NCBI GenBank assembly: GCA_050253075.1
Contig: JBFWJS010000003.1
Coordinates: forward strand, 85,458 to 149,457
Origin: Deferribacterales bacterium
Lineage (GTDB): Bacteria; Chrysiogenota; Deferribacteres; Deferribacterales; Geovibrionaceae
Length of the DNA stretch: 64,000 nt
Direction of reading: 5' to 3'
This document shows positions 46,034-56,771 of this stretch, piece after piece. Under the pieces are notes generated by a model, which was not told where the DNA came from, did not search any database, and was given only the letters and a program-made list of their open reading frames with translations. The stretch's first letter is position 1. Every line of letters begins with the position of its first letter. The position numbers and the translations under genes were made by a program.

Positions 46034-47905
46034 ATGGATGCCTTGTATGTAAATATAATGTGGGTGTTGTTATGCAGCTTTCTGGTGGCTATCATGCAGG
46101 CCGGATTCGCCTGTCTGGAGACCGGATTCGTACGCTCTAAAAACAACGTAAACGTAGCAGTTAAAAATCTCATGGATTTCTGCCTCAGCAGTATCCTTTT
46201 TACCATAATCGGCTTCGGACTCATGTTCGGAGAATCCAAAATCGGCATGATCGGCGAATTTTCTTACATAAAAATATCAGGCATGACCATAGATCAGGTC
46301 ACATTCTATATATTCCAGCTTATGTTTGCGGGCACGGCGGCCACTATCATATCAGGTGCAGTGGCGGAGCGGATGAAGTTCTCAGGATATATCCTCGTAA
46401 CGTGTATAATGGCCGTAGCCATTTATCCCGTGTGCGGTCACTGGATATGGAATTCCACGGGCTGGCTTAACAGATTCGGCTTTATAGATTTCGCAGGCTC
46501 GACAGTGGTGCACAGTGTCGCTGGCTGGTGTTCGCTGGCTGCCGTCATAATCATCGGGCCCAGGCTCGGACGATTCGGCAGGGGCGGGAAGCCCATAGAC
46601 GGACAGAACCTGCCTATCGCAGTGCTCGGTGTATTTCTCTTATGGTTCGGCTTTTTCGGATTCAACGGAGGCAGTACGCTGGAGCTTAACGATCAGGTTC
46701 CGATGATAATAGCAAATACAACACTCGCAGGTGCCGCAGGCGGTGTCTCTGCGATGATATACAGCTGGTATAAGTATCACATGCCGAAGGTGGAGCACAT
46801 CATAAACGGCGTTGTAGCAGGGCTCGTGGCTATATGTGCGGGGTGCCACCTCTTCAATGAGATGGGCGGTTTCCTCACTGGCTTCGGAGCCGGTCTCCTC
46901 TGCGTTTGGTCTATGCTTTTCCTTGAAAAGAGAGAGATAGACGATGTTATCGGTGCAGTACCTGCACACCTTGTTGCGGGCATGTGGGGTACACTTGCCG
47001 TGGCTCTTTTTGCACCGGTCGAGTCTTTCCCCGTTGCGACCAGCAGGTTCGAGCAGTTCGGCATACAGTTTGTCGGTGTTGCTGCTGCGGGTCTTTTCTC
47101 TTTTAATGTGCTTTACTTCGCAATGCGCATCCTTGAGCGCTGGGTTACATTCCGTGTGACACAGGACGACGAGCGCATCGGTCTGAACATCTCCGAGCAC
47201 GGCTCAACCACCAGCCTTTTAGACCTCATCAGCCAGATGGATCTTCAGGCGAAGAGCGGAGATTTCTCCAGCTATGTGGACATAGAGCCCGAAACAGAGG
47301 CAGGGCACATCGCAACATTTTATAACTCTGTACTTGAGAAATTCCATATAGAAGCAGCCCGCAGGCAGAACGCAATGGACGAACTGTATAAACTGGCTAA
47401 CTACGACTCGCTGACCAACCTCGTAAACCGCAGATATTTCTATGATATCACGTCCAAAGCTATCAGCAGGACAAAGCGAAGCGGTAAAAAGGTGGGGCTG
47501 CTCTTCCTCGACCTTGACGGATTCAAAAAAGTGAACGACACACTCGGGCATGAAGCAGGGGATGAACTGCTCATTCAGGTGGCGGAGAGAGGGCTCGGCA
47601 TCATACGTGAGTCGGACGTTTTCGGCAGAATAGGCGGGGACGAATTCTGCATTGTTGTGGAGAACTTCGAGTCTGAAAAAGACCTTTCCCAGCTGGCTAA
47701 AAAGATAATAAAATCACTCTCTGCTACATACACCCTGAGACCTGCAAAGGCAAACATCGGCGTATCAATAGGCATATCGGTATACGACGGTGCATCAGGG
47801 GAAACTATGACCGCAGACGACCTTGTCAAAATGGCGGACAAAGCCATGTATAAGATCAAAACCGGTACCAAAGGCAATTTCAGCTTTTATACACCCGAAG
47901 ATTAA
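46034..47905 (+). CDS. Ammonium transporter (Amt) fused to a GGDEF diguanylate cyclase
   Basis: MQAGFACLETG, FQLMFA, DFAGSTVVH, WFGFFGFNGGS, DDVIGAVPAH; C-terminal DSLT, RESD I-site, GGDEF. Confidence 0.93.
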   Translation: MDALYVNIMWVLLCSFLVAIMQAGFACLETGFVRSKNNVNVAVKNLMDFCLSSILFTIIGFGLMFGESKIGMIGEFSYIKISGMTIDQVTFYIFQLMFAGTAATIISGAVAERMKFSGYILVTCIMAVAIYPVCGHWIWNSTGWLNRFGFIDFAGSTVVHSVAGWCSLAAVIIIGPRLGRFGRGGKPIDGQNLPIAVLGVFLLWFGFFGFNGGSTLELNDQVPMIIANTTLAGAAGGVSAMIYSWYKYHMPKVEHIINGVVAGLVAICAGCHLFNEMGGFLTGFGAGLLCVWSMLFLEKREIDDVIGAVPAHLVAGMWGTLAVALFAPVESFPVATSRFEQFGIQFVGVAAAGLFSFNVLYFAMRILERWVTFRVTQDDERIGLNISEHGSTTSLLDLISQMDLQAKSGDFSSYVDIEPETEAGHIATFYNSVLEKFHIEAARRQNAMDELYKLANYDSLTNLVNRRYFYDITSKAISRTKRSGKKVGLLFLDLDGFKKVNDTLGHEAGDELLIQVAERGLGIIRESDVFGRIGGDEFCIVVENFESEKDLSQLAKKIIKSLSATYTLRPAKANIGVSIGISVYDGASGETMTADDLVKMADKAMYKIKTGTKGNFSFYTPED

Positions 47906-49014
47906 TCCAGACTCTTTCTAAACATCATAGATGCCGCAGTTATGAAGAACAGGGCATGAATCGTCTGCCATAAAAGCTGAGTGCTTATCTCTGCTGCTCC
48001 TGCACCCTTCAGCACCACGCCTATGATAGCCTCAAACCCCCACCGCATAGGGTCCAGATATGTAAGGTACTGGATGAAAACAGGCATATTATCAATGGGG
48101 AACATGAACCCGCTGAGTAGAGAACAAGGCATCAGTATGAAAAACGATGTCAGAAGTGCCTGCTGTTGCGTGTACGCAGTGGTGCTAATCAACAGGGCTA
48201 GTCCTAAATATGAAAGTATGTTCAGCCCTACAACTAGTCCCAGAAGCCATATACTGCCGACGATAACAACATCGAAAACCATAAAAGCTATGACAAACAT
48301 CATCGTCGTAGTGATATACCCGGTGATGAAGAACGGGAGTGTCTTCCCTAGGATAAACTCGAATCTGCCGATGGGTGTCACCATCACCTGTTCTATCGTG
48401 CCGATCTCTTTCTCACGGACGATGGCGATGCTGGTCAGCAGGATACTCGTTACCATTATCATCATGGTAATCAGTCCGGGGACATAGTATTTACTGCTGT
48501 CGAGGTTCTGGTTATACAGGTTGCGGTTTTCCACGGACAGCTTCCTGCCGTCTGAGCCTGTCAGTGTGAATATATGCTCTGAGTTGAACTCATTCAGTAT
48601 GGTCGAAAAGTAACTTATGATGATGCCTGCGTCGTTGCTCATTGTGCCGTCGGCAATTATCTGCACATCGACATTCTCATGACGCAGGAGGTCGCTTTCG
48701 GTATTCGGTGCAAAGATAACTGCGCCCCGCACCTCGTCCTTGCCTATCATCTCTTTTATCTCGGTCAGGCTGTTTGAATATTTCTCTATGATGAAATAGC
48801 CTGATGACTGCATCCTGTGGATAATCTCGTTTGTGGTGTCGCTTTTATCCATATCCAGTACGGCGATGTCGATATTCTTAACGTCCAGCGTGAGCGCAAA
48901 AGACATGACGAGCATCTGCACCATAGGTATGCCGAGCACCACCATGCGCATCTTCGGGTCACGGAGCATCTGTTTCAGTTCTTTTATCAGCATAGCTTTC
49001 AGTTTTAACAGCAT
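47902..49014 (-). CDS. ABC-2 type permease (YbhR-like)
   Basis: KELKQMLRD, REKEIGTIEQVMVTP, LLSGFMFPIDNMP. Confidence 0.9.
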   Translation of the reverse strand: MLLKLKAMLIKELKQMLRDPKMRMVVLGIPMVQMLVMSFALTLDVKNIDIAVLDMDKSDTTNEIIHRMQSSGYFIIEKYSNSLTEIKEMIGKDEVRGAVIFAPNTESDLLRHENVDVQIIADGTMSNDAGIIISYFSTILNEFNSEHIFTLTGSDGRKLSVENRNLYNQNLDSSKYYVPGLITMMIMVTSILLTSIAIVREKEIGTIEQVMVTPIGRFEFILGKTLPFFITGYITTTMMFVIAFMVFDVVIVGSIWLLGLVVGLNILSYLGLALLISTTAYTQQQALLTSFFILMPCSLLSGFMFPIDNMPVFIQYLTYLDPMRWGFEAIIGVVLKGAGAAEISTQLLWQTIHALFFITAASMMFRKSLD

Positions 49015-49015
49015 A

Positions 49016-50140
49016 TCAGTCCAGCCTCAGTTTCAGTTTGCGCACGGAGAGGAGGATCATCAGCGCAGCATAAATGGATAAAAATGCAAAGTTTGCCAGC
49101 ATCATCTCAAGCCCGACACCTTTCAGGTATATGCTTTTCAGCATGGATATAAAGTATCTGGCAGGGAATACGTGAGTAAGCACCTGTATAGGCTTCGGCA
49201 TGTTCGCAATAGTGAAGATGAACCCGCTGAGCACAAGTGTCGGCAGGAAGCCCGATATAAGGGCTATCTGGTTCGCTATCACCTGATTCTTTAATGTGAT
49301 GCTGAGGAGCAGGCCGAAAAACAGCACGCCCGTCAGGAAGACAGACGCCACCAGTATGACCAGTGCGGGGAGCCCCCTCAGAGGTACTTCGAATATTATT
49401 ATACCGAGCACGGTGGAGATTATAACATCCGCCAGCCCTACGATGTACAGCGGGATAGCTTTTCCCAGTGCCAGCTCGAACCTTGTCACGGGTGTGCTTA
49501 TGAGCTGTTCCATCGTGCCCATCTCCCATTCCTTTGCTACTGTCACGCTCGCCAGCATGGATGCGATAACTACCATAACGATGGCTGTGATACCGGGTAC
49601 GAGGTTGTATGTGCTGGTCATCCCCTGGTTATACCATGATCTGCTGACAGGGTTCAGCATGCCGATGCTCTTTGAGTTTGCAGACAGTTTTTGGTTGTAT
49701 ATAGCGCCCAGAGCGTTCACATAGTTCAGTATTATTCGCCCTGTATTAGCGTCACTGCCGTCTATGTAAAGCTGTATCTGAACATCTGTTCCATTATTAA
49801 TGTGTTTGCCGAAGTCTCTGTCTATGACTATCGCAGCCTTTATCTCTCTGCGTTTTATAGCTTCTTCGATATCTTTATCCCTTTGGTAATAGCTGACTAT
49901 GCGGAAATACGGCGACCCGTCCAGAAGAGATGCGAAGTCCTTACTCTCTTTGCTCATTGACTGGTCATACATGCCTATGGACACATTTTTAAGATCCATA
50001 TTCAGAGCATATCCGAAGAGGATAAGCAGCATCACGGGGATAGCAATGGCAAGGAAGAGACTGCGCCAGTCACGGATGATGTGCGTGAATTCTTTCATTA
50101 TGATAGCTGTAAGTCTTCTGAAGCTGAAAACGCTACTCAT
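49016..50140 (-). CDS. ABC-2 type permease (YbhS-like)
   Basis: KEFTHIIRD, KEWEMGTMEQLISTP, LSGFIFTIANMP. Confidence 0.9.
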   Translation of the reverse strand: MSSVFSFRRLTAIIMKEFTHIIRDWRSLFLAIAIPVMLLILFGYALNMDLKNVSIGMYDQSMSKESKDFASLLDGSPYFRIVSYYQRDKDIEEAIKRREIKAAIVIDRDFGKHINNGTDVQIQLYIDGSDANTGRIILNYVNALGAIYNQKLSANSKSIGMLNPVSRSWYNQGMTSTYNLVPGITAIVMVVIASMLASVTVAKEWEMGTMEQLISTPVTRFELALGKAIPLYIVGLADVIISTVLGIIIFEVPLRGLPALVILVASVFLTGVLFFGLLLSITLKNQVIANQIALISGFLPTLVLSGFIFTIANMPKPIQVLTHVFPARYFISMLKSIYLKGVGLEMMLANFAFLSIYAALMILLSVRKLKLRLD

Positions 50141-52025
50141 CTTTGCCGTCCGCACTGTCTATGAGAGATACGAAGACATCTTCCATGGATGGGAGTATCT
50201 CGCTTATGGTGTAATTATCTTTTCCGCTCATATATTCTTTTATCTTGTTTCTGACTTTCTCCGGCTCTGCCGTGCGGACGTGTATGCCCGCTCCGAAGAG
50301 TGCGGCGTTGTTTACACCGTCCAGCTCGGATATACCGCCGAGGAGCGTCTGAGGTTTTGGTGTTTTCAGCTCTATTATACTCCCTGACATGGAGTTCTTC
50401 TTCAGCTCCGAAGGTGTCCCTTCGGCTATCATATTCCCTCTGAATATCATAGAAAGCCTGTCGCAGTACTCGGCTTCCTCCATATAGTGCGTACTGACGA
50501 AAACTGTCACGCCGTTAGAGGCAAGGCCGGATATAATATCCCAGAAAAGCCTTCTGCTGGCTGGGTCTGCACCGCTGGTGGGTTCGTCGAGGAATACTAC
50601 GGGCGGACTGTGCAGTATGGCACACGCTAGTGCCAGTCTCTGTCTCCATCCTCCGGTCAGGTTCGATGTCATAGCGTTCTTTCTGTCTGTCAGGTCGGAG
50701 AGCTCCAGTGCCCAGTCACGTCTGTCTTTCAGCTTTTTACCGCTGAGACCGTATATGCGCCCGTAGAACTCTATATTTTCATAGACCTTCAGGTCTTCAT
50801 AAAGAGAGAACTTCTGGCTCATATATCCGATATTCTGCTTTATCATCTCGGGCTGTTTTACGATGTCGAATCCTGCGACTGTCCCGCCGCCTCCGCTGGG
50901 GCTGAGCAGACCGCAGAGCATGCGTATTGTCGTACTCTTACCTGCGCCGTTCGGACCGAGGAATCCGTATATCTCGCCGTATTTTACATTCAGGTTTATA
51001 GCATTTACGGCTGTGAAAGAGCCGAACTGCTTTGTAAGGTTTTCTATGGTGACAGAGCTGCCCGAGTGCTTTTCTATCCCTTCGCTGACGAGGCTTAGCA
51101 GGTCTTCGTCCTTTTTATCCGCCTCCAGAGACATGAAGACATCCTCAAGGTTAGGCATGTCAGAGTCTGTCTGCACCTTAGGAAATTTGTCTTTCAGCTT
51201 TGGTATTATGCCGTCTTCGCTCATGGATGCTATGCGTATCTGCTCGCCGAAGAGGTGCACTTTATGCTCGGGGAACATCGTCTTTATGGGAGCTATCAGT
51301 GATTTATTATCTTGTGACTTTACTGTTGTGATGTATATCCCGCTGTTTTTCAGTATGTTTGCGGGGGTGCCGTTTGCGGCAACTTTGCCTTTGTTCATAA
51401 GTGCAGCGTGGGAGCATCTCTCCGCCTCGTCCAGATATGCGGTGGATACCAGTATGGTAACGCCGTCTGATGCGAGGTCGTAAAGTATACGCCAGAAATC
51501 ACGCCTGCTGACAGGGTCTACACCGTTGGTCGGCTCGTCCAGAAGGAGTACTTTTGGTTTATGAATGAGCGCACATACGAGCTGTAGTTTCTGCTTCATC
51601 CCTCCTGAGAGGTTGCCCGCACGTCTGTCTTTGAAAGGTCGCATATAGCTGAAATCGAGGAGTTCGTCTATGTGGGCTTCCAGTCCGCTTGTTTCTACGC
51701 CGTAAAGCTCTGCATACAGCTTAACGTTTTCATAAACGGTGAGGTCCTGATACAGCCCGAACTTCTGGCTCATATATGCGATGTCGTTCTTGACCGTGTC
51801 CGGTGCTGTTATGCAGCTGTTGCCGTGAATGAAGGCTTCACCGCTGTCTGGGTAAAGCAGACCGGCAAGTATCCTCATGAGAGTGGTCTTGCCTGCTCCG
51901 TCCGGTCCTATCAGTCCGTAGATGTCGCCTTTCTCCACGCTGATATTTACGTCTATCAGTGCTTTCTGACCGCTGAACTCTTTATTTATGTCGATTGCCG
52001 AAATGGCGAATCTGTCGCTTTTCAT
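50133..52025 (-). CDS. ABC ATP-binding protein with two ATPase domains (YbhF-like)
   Basis: GPDGAGKT/LSGGMKQK/LLDEP and GPNGAGKS/LTGGWRQR/FLDEP. Confidence 0.93.
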   Translation of the reverse strand: MKSDRFAISAIDINKEFSGQKALIDVNISVEKGDIYGLIGPDGAGKTTLMRILAGLLYPDSGEAFIHGNSCITAPDTVKNDIAYMSQKFGLYQDLTVYENVKLYAELYGVETSGLEAHIDELLDFSYMRPFKDRRAGNLSGGMKQKLQLVCALIHKPKVLLLDEPTNGVDPVSRRDFWRILYDLASDGVTILVSTAYLDEAERCSHAALMNKGKVAANGTPANILKNSGIYITTVKSQDNKSLIAPIKTMFPEHKVHLFGEQIRIASMSEDGIIPKLKDKFPKVQTDSDMPNLEDVFMSLEADKKDEDLLSLVSEGIEKHSGSSVTIENLTKQFGSFTAVNAINLNVKYGEIYGFLGPNGAGKSTTIRMLCGLLSPSGGGGTVAGFDIVKQPEMIKQNIGYMSQKFSLYEDLKVYENIEFYGRIYGLSGKKLKDRRDWALELSDLTDRKNAMTSNLTGGWRQRLALACAILHSPPVVFLDEPTSGADPASRRLFWDIISGLASNGVTVFVSTHYMEEAEYCDRLSMIFRGNMIAEGTPSELKKNSMSGSIIELKTPKPQTLLGGISELDGVNNAALFGAGIHVRTAEPEKVRNKIKEYMSGKDNYTISEILPSMEDVFVSLIDSADGKDE

Positions 52026-53053
52026 CAGTTTTCCAGTACTATCCTGCCTTCCACCGGCATGCCGTATTTCAGCTCTTTGGATGTGTTGTCCACTGTTACT
52101 TTTATCATATACATGAAGTTTATGCGCTCGTCGTATGTCTGCACCGTCTTCGGTGTGAACTCCGCCTCAGATGATATGTATGATACTTTGCCTATATATT
52201 CCTTATCAGGGTATGAGTCGGATTTTATGATAACCTTCTGCCCCAGCTTAACCTTGCCGAGGTAGTCTTCGCTTACATATCCTCTGATCCACATATCTGT
52301 CAGGTCAGCAACGGTTAGCACTGTATTTCCCGTCTGGATGAATTCGCCGTTTTCGGCTGAACGGGTTAGTACCACGCCGTTTATAGGGGAATGCAGCTTT
52401 GTATAAACCAGCTTTTGCTTTGCTTGTTCTAATGTCTGTTCATATATTGATACGTTGGCTTTCGCTTTTTCTATCTCTTCACTGCGTGCGCCTTCCACAG
52501 CCAGAGAAAGTGTTTCTGCGGCCTTAGCTTTCGCCGCTGTTGCTTCCTTGTATGCCTGCTGGGCTGTCTCGTATGCTGTTTCGTAGAGCTCATATGTGCG
52601 CTTGCTGACGCCGTTTGATTCGTAGAGTGCTTTGAAGCGTTCGTTATCAGATTTCGCCTGTGAAAGGGACGCCTCAGCCTTTTTTACACCTGCATCTGCC
52701 ATGTCGAGGGCTGCTTTGGCATTTCGTATCTCCTGCTTTCTGCTCCCTGCGAGCACTTCGGAAAGTGTCGCCTGAGCATAGCTGAGTCCTGCCTCTGCTG
52801 CGGACACGCCGAGCTTTTCATCTGCATCGTCCAGTGTCGCCACAAGGGCATCTTTCATAATTTCATCGCCTTCGTCGTATATTATGCCGTTTATCCTGCC
52901 TGATGTTTTGAAAGAGAGTCTGATGCTGGTGGTTTCTGCCGTACCGGTGAAGAGGTATGCTCCATCAGGGTGTGTGGTCTGTGTTCTTGTTGTTTTGATA
53001 AATACTGCCGCTATTATCAGTATCGGAATCAGTATAAGTGGTATCTTTTTCAT
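52025..53053 (-). CDS. HlyD-family membrane fusion protein (YbhG-like)
   Basis: N-terminal TM, long helical hairpin, SPINGVV, AEFTPKTVQT, LKYGMP. Confidence 0.92.
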   Translation of the reverse strand: MKKIPLILIPILIIAAVFIKTTRTQTTHPDGAYLFTGTAETTSIRLSFKTSGRINGIIYDEGDEIMKDALVATLDDADEKLGVSAAEAGLSYAQATLSEVLAGSRKQEIRNAKAALDMADAGVKKAEASLSQAKSDNERFKALYESNGVSKRTYELYETAYETAQQAYKEATAAKAKAAETLSLAVEGARSEEIEKAKANVSIYEQTLEQAKQKLVYTKLHSPINGVVLTRSAENGEFIQTGNTVLTVADLTDMWIRGYVSEDYLGKVKLGQKVIIKSDSYPDKEYIGKVSYISSEAEFTPKTVQTYDERINFMYMIKVTVDNTSKELKYGMPVEGRIVLEN

Positions 53054-53055
53054 CG

Positions 53056-53688
53056 TTATCCCTTTTTATATCCTTTGAGGCCGTTGATGCTGAATTTGTA
53101 TATGTGCATTGCGTGTTTCTCTATGTCTTCCGTATTATCTTTGATAACAAAGCCTGCTCTGGCGAGAACTTCCCTTGCCAGTACAGGGTGCAGGCACTGC
53201 CCTGCTATGCTGGATATGAAGCGCATGAGCTGTTCGTGACCGATCTCTTCACCAATGACCTCTTTTATCGCCGAACCCATAATTTCCATCATTCTGCTGA
53301 TGTATCTTTCATAAAGGCTGTCCATAAGTTCGGACGAGTTTGTCATCTCTTTGGCTATGAGCTTTATTGCGTGTGGATTCTTCCCCACGCCGTCCTTGCC
53401 TAAAAGCCTGTACAGGAAGAGTCTTATGGTGTTTCTGAGCTTTTCTTCGGGCTCCATGCCGGGTGATACAAATTTCTCCGGTGGGTTTGCTATGAAGGCA
53501 TTATCCATTATTTCAATGGCTATTTCTGTATATAGATTCTGTTTGTTCTTGAAATGATAGTTAACAAGGGCTAAACTTACATTAGCTTTCTTGCATATAT
53601 CTCTGATGGTTGTCGATTTATACCCTTTGTCTCCAAAGAGAATGAGTGCGGCTGTCTTTATCCGCTCTCTAGGTTCTGATGTTTTCAC
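53056..53688 (-). CDS. TetR family regulator (YbiH/CecR-like)
   Basis: FGDKGYKSTTIRDICKKANVSLALVNYHFKNK; heads the efflux operon; GTG start with GAGGTG RBS. Confidence 0.9.
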   Translation of the reverse strand: MKTSEPRERIKTAALILFGDKGYKSTTIRDICKKANVSLALVNYHFKNKQNLYTEIAIEIMDNAFIANPPEKFVSPGMEPEEKLRNTIRLFLYRLLGKDGVGKNPHAIKLIAKEMTNSSELMDSLYERYISRMMEIMGSAIKEVIGEEIGHEQLMRFISSIAGQCLHPVLAREVLARAGFVIKDNTEDIEKHAMHIYKFSINGLKGYKKG

Positions 53689-53698
53689 CTGACACCTC

Positions 53699-53725
53699 TA
53701 AACAATTGTTTAAAACAAATGTATA
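53699..53725. promoter_or_regulatory. TetR operator TAAACAATTGTTTA plus adjacent degenerate copy
   Basis: Perfect 14-bp palindrome directly upstream of the RBS. Confidence 0.65.
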
Positions 53726-53769
53726 GTTATCTGATTAAAATAACAACCTTTATTTTGAGTATAGGTCAA

Positions 53770-54681
53770 CTATAGCTTTGTGACTCTGTTTTTACCGTCC
53801 AGCTTTGATCGGTACATGGCGGTGTCTGCTCTTTTTATCACCGAGCCTTCGGTATCGTTTTCTGTCACTACGGTGCATCCTACAGAGATGGTTACATACA
53901 GGTCTTCGCCTTCGTCGGTTTTTATCCAGCTCTTTTCGACGAATTGCCTGATGCGCTCGCCCACCTGTTCGGTGGTTTTACCCGTGAGGTTAGGGGAGAT
54001 GACGATGAATTCCTCTCCGCCCCATCTGCACGCCACATCCATTGCTCTCAGTGTGCCTGTGATGCTTTTGGCTACCATCTTAAGCACCTTGTCTCCCGTG
54101 TCGTGTCCGTAGGTGTCGTTTATCCTTTTAAAGTCGTCGATGTCTATGAAAAATATAGAGAAAGGTATACCGACCTCAGTCCATTCGCTGAGGCGTCTTT
54201 CCATTGATATGCTTGCGTATTTACGGTTTCCGATATTAGTCAGAGAGTCAGTGTAGACCTCTTCTTTCAGCTTTTCCAGCTCGCAGATGAGCTCTCCGTG
54301 TGTGTTGGTGGATAGATCGTGGAACATCTCGACAGCACCGACTATCCTTCCGTCGTCGCCTGTGATGGGGGCTACACGGGTGAATACGTGCAGTCTGTGT
54401 CCGTCCTTATGGTGCAGATAGATTGACTTTTCCTTTGTGTCGCCGTTTTTTACGGCGTCGTTAAGAGGGCAGGAGGTTATGCAGAGCTCATTGCCTTCTT
54501 CGTCTATGTGTCTCAGCAGGTTATCCGCACAGCTCTTTCCCATTACCTCTTCTTTTGTATAGCCGGTAATGTTCTCTGCTGCTTTGTTCCAGTATGTTAT
54601 ACTGCGGTCTTTATCGACATAGTATATCCCTTCTGACAGATTCTCTAAAATGCTCTGATAAAGCTTTTCTGACACAATCAT
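53770..54681 (-). CDS. PAS-GGDEF diguanylate cyclase
   Basis: WNKAAENITGY PAS; DSLT, RAMD, RWGGEEF. Confidence 0.92.
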   Translation of the reverse strand: MIVSEKLYQSILENLSEGIYYVDKDRSITYWNKAAENITGYTKEEVMGKSCADNLLRHIDEEGNELCITSCPLNDAVKNGDTKEKSIYLHHKDGHRLHVFTRVAPITGDDGRIVGAVEMFHDLSTNTHGELICELEKLKEEVYTDSLTNIGNRKYASISMERRLSEWTEVGIPFSIFFIDIDDFKRINDTYGHDTGDKVLKMVAKSITGTLRAMDVACRWGGEEFIVISPNLTGKTTEQVGERIRQFVEKSWIKTDEGEDLYVTISVGCTVVTENDTEGSVIKRADTAMYRSKLDGKNRVTKL

Positions 54682-54911
54682 ATTCCTACACCTTGTTTTT
54701 ATATAATAAATATATCATAAAGTTTTTAAATTTAAAGTGTATTAATTTGGTCTTATTACCAGATAAATTTTATTTCTATTCTAAATATATGATAATAATA
54801 AATTAAATATTTCAAAATTGTTGTTGTGTAAACTTTCGCTATGGGCAGTTTCGGAATGTATATTTATTGCTACCCTCAGACATCTGTACTATAATTAGCG
54901 AATAAACACTT

Positions 54912-56771
54912 ATGGAAATTATTATGCTGCAAAAGCTTAGAGCTTCGACCTGTTACTTTTTGCTTATAACGGTTTTCTTCCTGTCTTTGACATTCGGCGC
55001 TTTTGCTTATCCCGTAAAGGTGAGCAACAACAAGGTCAGCTTTAATCTGGGCACCTCTGTCGAGTATTACGAGGACACATCATCCACGCTTACCCTCAAG
55101 GACATCATAGACCTTGATAACGATAATAAATTCAGCACAACAACAAAGCTCCCTTTGAACTTCGGCTATTCTTCCAGCACATACTGGCTTTCATTCTCCG
55201 TGCTTGGTGATACTGATTCTGAGTCGGGCTGGGTGCTGGATGTGCCTTATGCACCGCTGGACTATGTGAAGCTCTATGTGCCGAATGTAAACGGCGAATA
55301 CACAGAGCTGGTCAGCGGGGATAAGATACCTTTCTCAAAGCGTCAGATAGAGTATCGCAACGCTGTATTCATTCTGGGCGATACGCTTCTGCCGTATCAG
55401 CAGTATTACATCAAAGTATCATCCGACGGTGCGATAAACCTGCCGCTGTTCCTCTGGACGGGTGCAGGCTTCACAGAGCATGTTAATGTAGTGCAGACAG
55501 GCCTGGGCATTTATCTGGGCATTATGTTTGCGCTCTTTTTATATAATATATTTCTCTATTTCTATGTTAAGGATAAGGATTTCCTACTTTGCGCTTTTAT
55601 AACCCTCAGCTACTCGCTGGTGCATGCCGCTTATAACGGGATGGCGTCGCAGTTCCTCTGGCCGGATCTCATCTGGTGGGCGAATAACTGCCTCGTTTTC
55701 TTTGCTATATTCATTTTCCTTTCCATTGCAGTGTTTACAAACTCATTCCTCAACCTGAAAGAGACATTCCCTACGGGGAATAAGATAATGAATGGCTTCA
55801 CATTGTATTACTGCCTGCTTTACGTGCTTTATGCCGTGATAGGCTACAGATACGCAAGTGTTGCAACGGCGGTGCCTAGTATCATAATGCTGTTCATTGT
55901 CTTTATGACTGTTCTGATAGTCTACAGCAGGGGATATAAGGCGGCACGCTTCCTTATGCTTGCTTGGTTTTTCTTTATCTTCGGCATGGTTCTCCTTCTG
56001 CTGAAACTGCTAGGTTTCCTTCCGCCGGTATTCATTACGGAGTACTCTGTGCAGATAGGCTTTATACTGAATGCTATGCTCCTTTCATTCGCACTTACAG
56101 ACAGGGTGAACCTGCTGCGTAAAGAGAAAGAGGCGGCACAGCACGAGGCCATGAACCACCTGAAAGCGTCCGAACAGGCGAAGACTAGATTTATCGAGGA
56201 TACCGAAAAGCTGGTCGAAGAGCGTACGAAAGAGCTTGAGCTTGCTAATACGCGTCTTGTGGAGCTGGCATCCGTGGATGTCCTCACGGGGATATTCAAC
56301 AGGCGTGTTTTCAATGAAACACTTGAGAGGGAATTCAGCCGTGCGAAAAGGCAGGGGCAGGAGCTCTCGATAATATTAATAGATATTGATTATTTTAAAA
56401 ATTATAATGACTATTACGGGCATATAGACGGTGATTCGTGTTTGGCAGAGCTTGCGGATATTTTCAAAAAGACCATAAACAGAGCCACAGACACGGTAGC
56501 CAGATACGGCGGTGAGGAATTCGCCGTGATACTCTGCGATACAAAGCTCGACGGTGCGGTCAAGATCGCCGAAGATATAAGGGAAGCAGTGGTCTCCGCA
56601 TGTATACCTCATAAGATGTCGCCTCTGGGGCATCTGACCATCAGCTGCGGCGTTGCGAGCACTATCCCTGCTATGAACGACAAGCTCGAAGACTTTATAT
56701 CAAAAGCAGACAGAGCCCTCTATCGCTCTAAGAAAGAGGGACGTAATATGGTCTCCGTCAGCAGTTTTTAG
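54912..56771 (+). CDS. 7TM-DISM receptor diguanylate cyclase
   Basis: LNFGYSSSTYW extracellular domain, 7 TM helices, DVLTG, RATD, RYGGEEF. Confidence 0.9.
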   Translation: MEIIMLQKLRASTCYFLLITVFFLSLTFGAFAYPVKVSNNKVSFNLGTSVEYYEDTSSTLTLKDIIDLDNDNKFSTTTKLPLNFGYSSSTYWLSFSVLGDTDSESGWVLDVPYAPLDYVKLYVPNVNGEYTELVSGDKIPFSKRQIEYRNAVFILGDTLLPYQQYYIKVSSDGAINLPLFLWTGAGFTEHVNVVQTGLGIYLGIMFALFLYNIFLYFYVKDKDFLLCAFITLSYSLVHAAYNGMASQFLWPDLIWWANNCLVFFAIFIFLSIAVFTNSFLNLKETFPTGNKIMNGFTLYYCLLYVLYAVIGYRYASVATAVPSIIMLFIVFMTVLIVYSRGYKAARFLMLAWFFFIFGMVLLLLKLLGFLPPVFITEYSVQIGFILNAMLLSFALTDRVNLLRKEKEAAQHEAMNHLKASEQAKTRFIEDTEKLVEERTKELELANTRLVELASVDVLTGIFNRRVFNETLEREFSRAKRQGQELSIILIDIDYFKNYNDYYGHIDGDSCLAELADIFKKTINRATDTVARYGGEEFAVILCDTKLDGAVKIAEDIREAVVSACIPHKMSPLGHLTISCGVASTIPAMNDKLEDFISKADRALYRSKKEGRNMVSVSSF

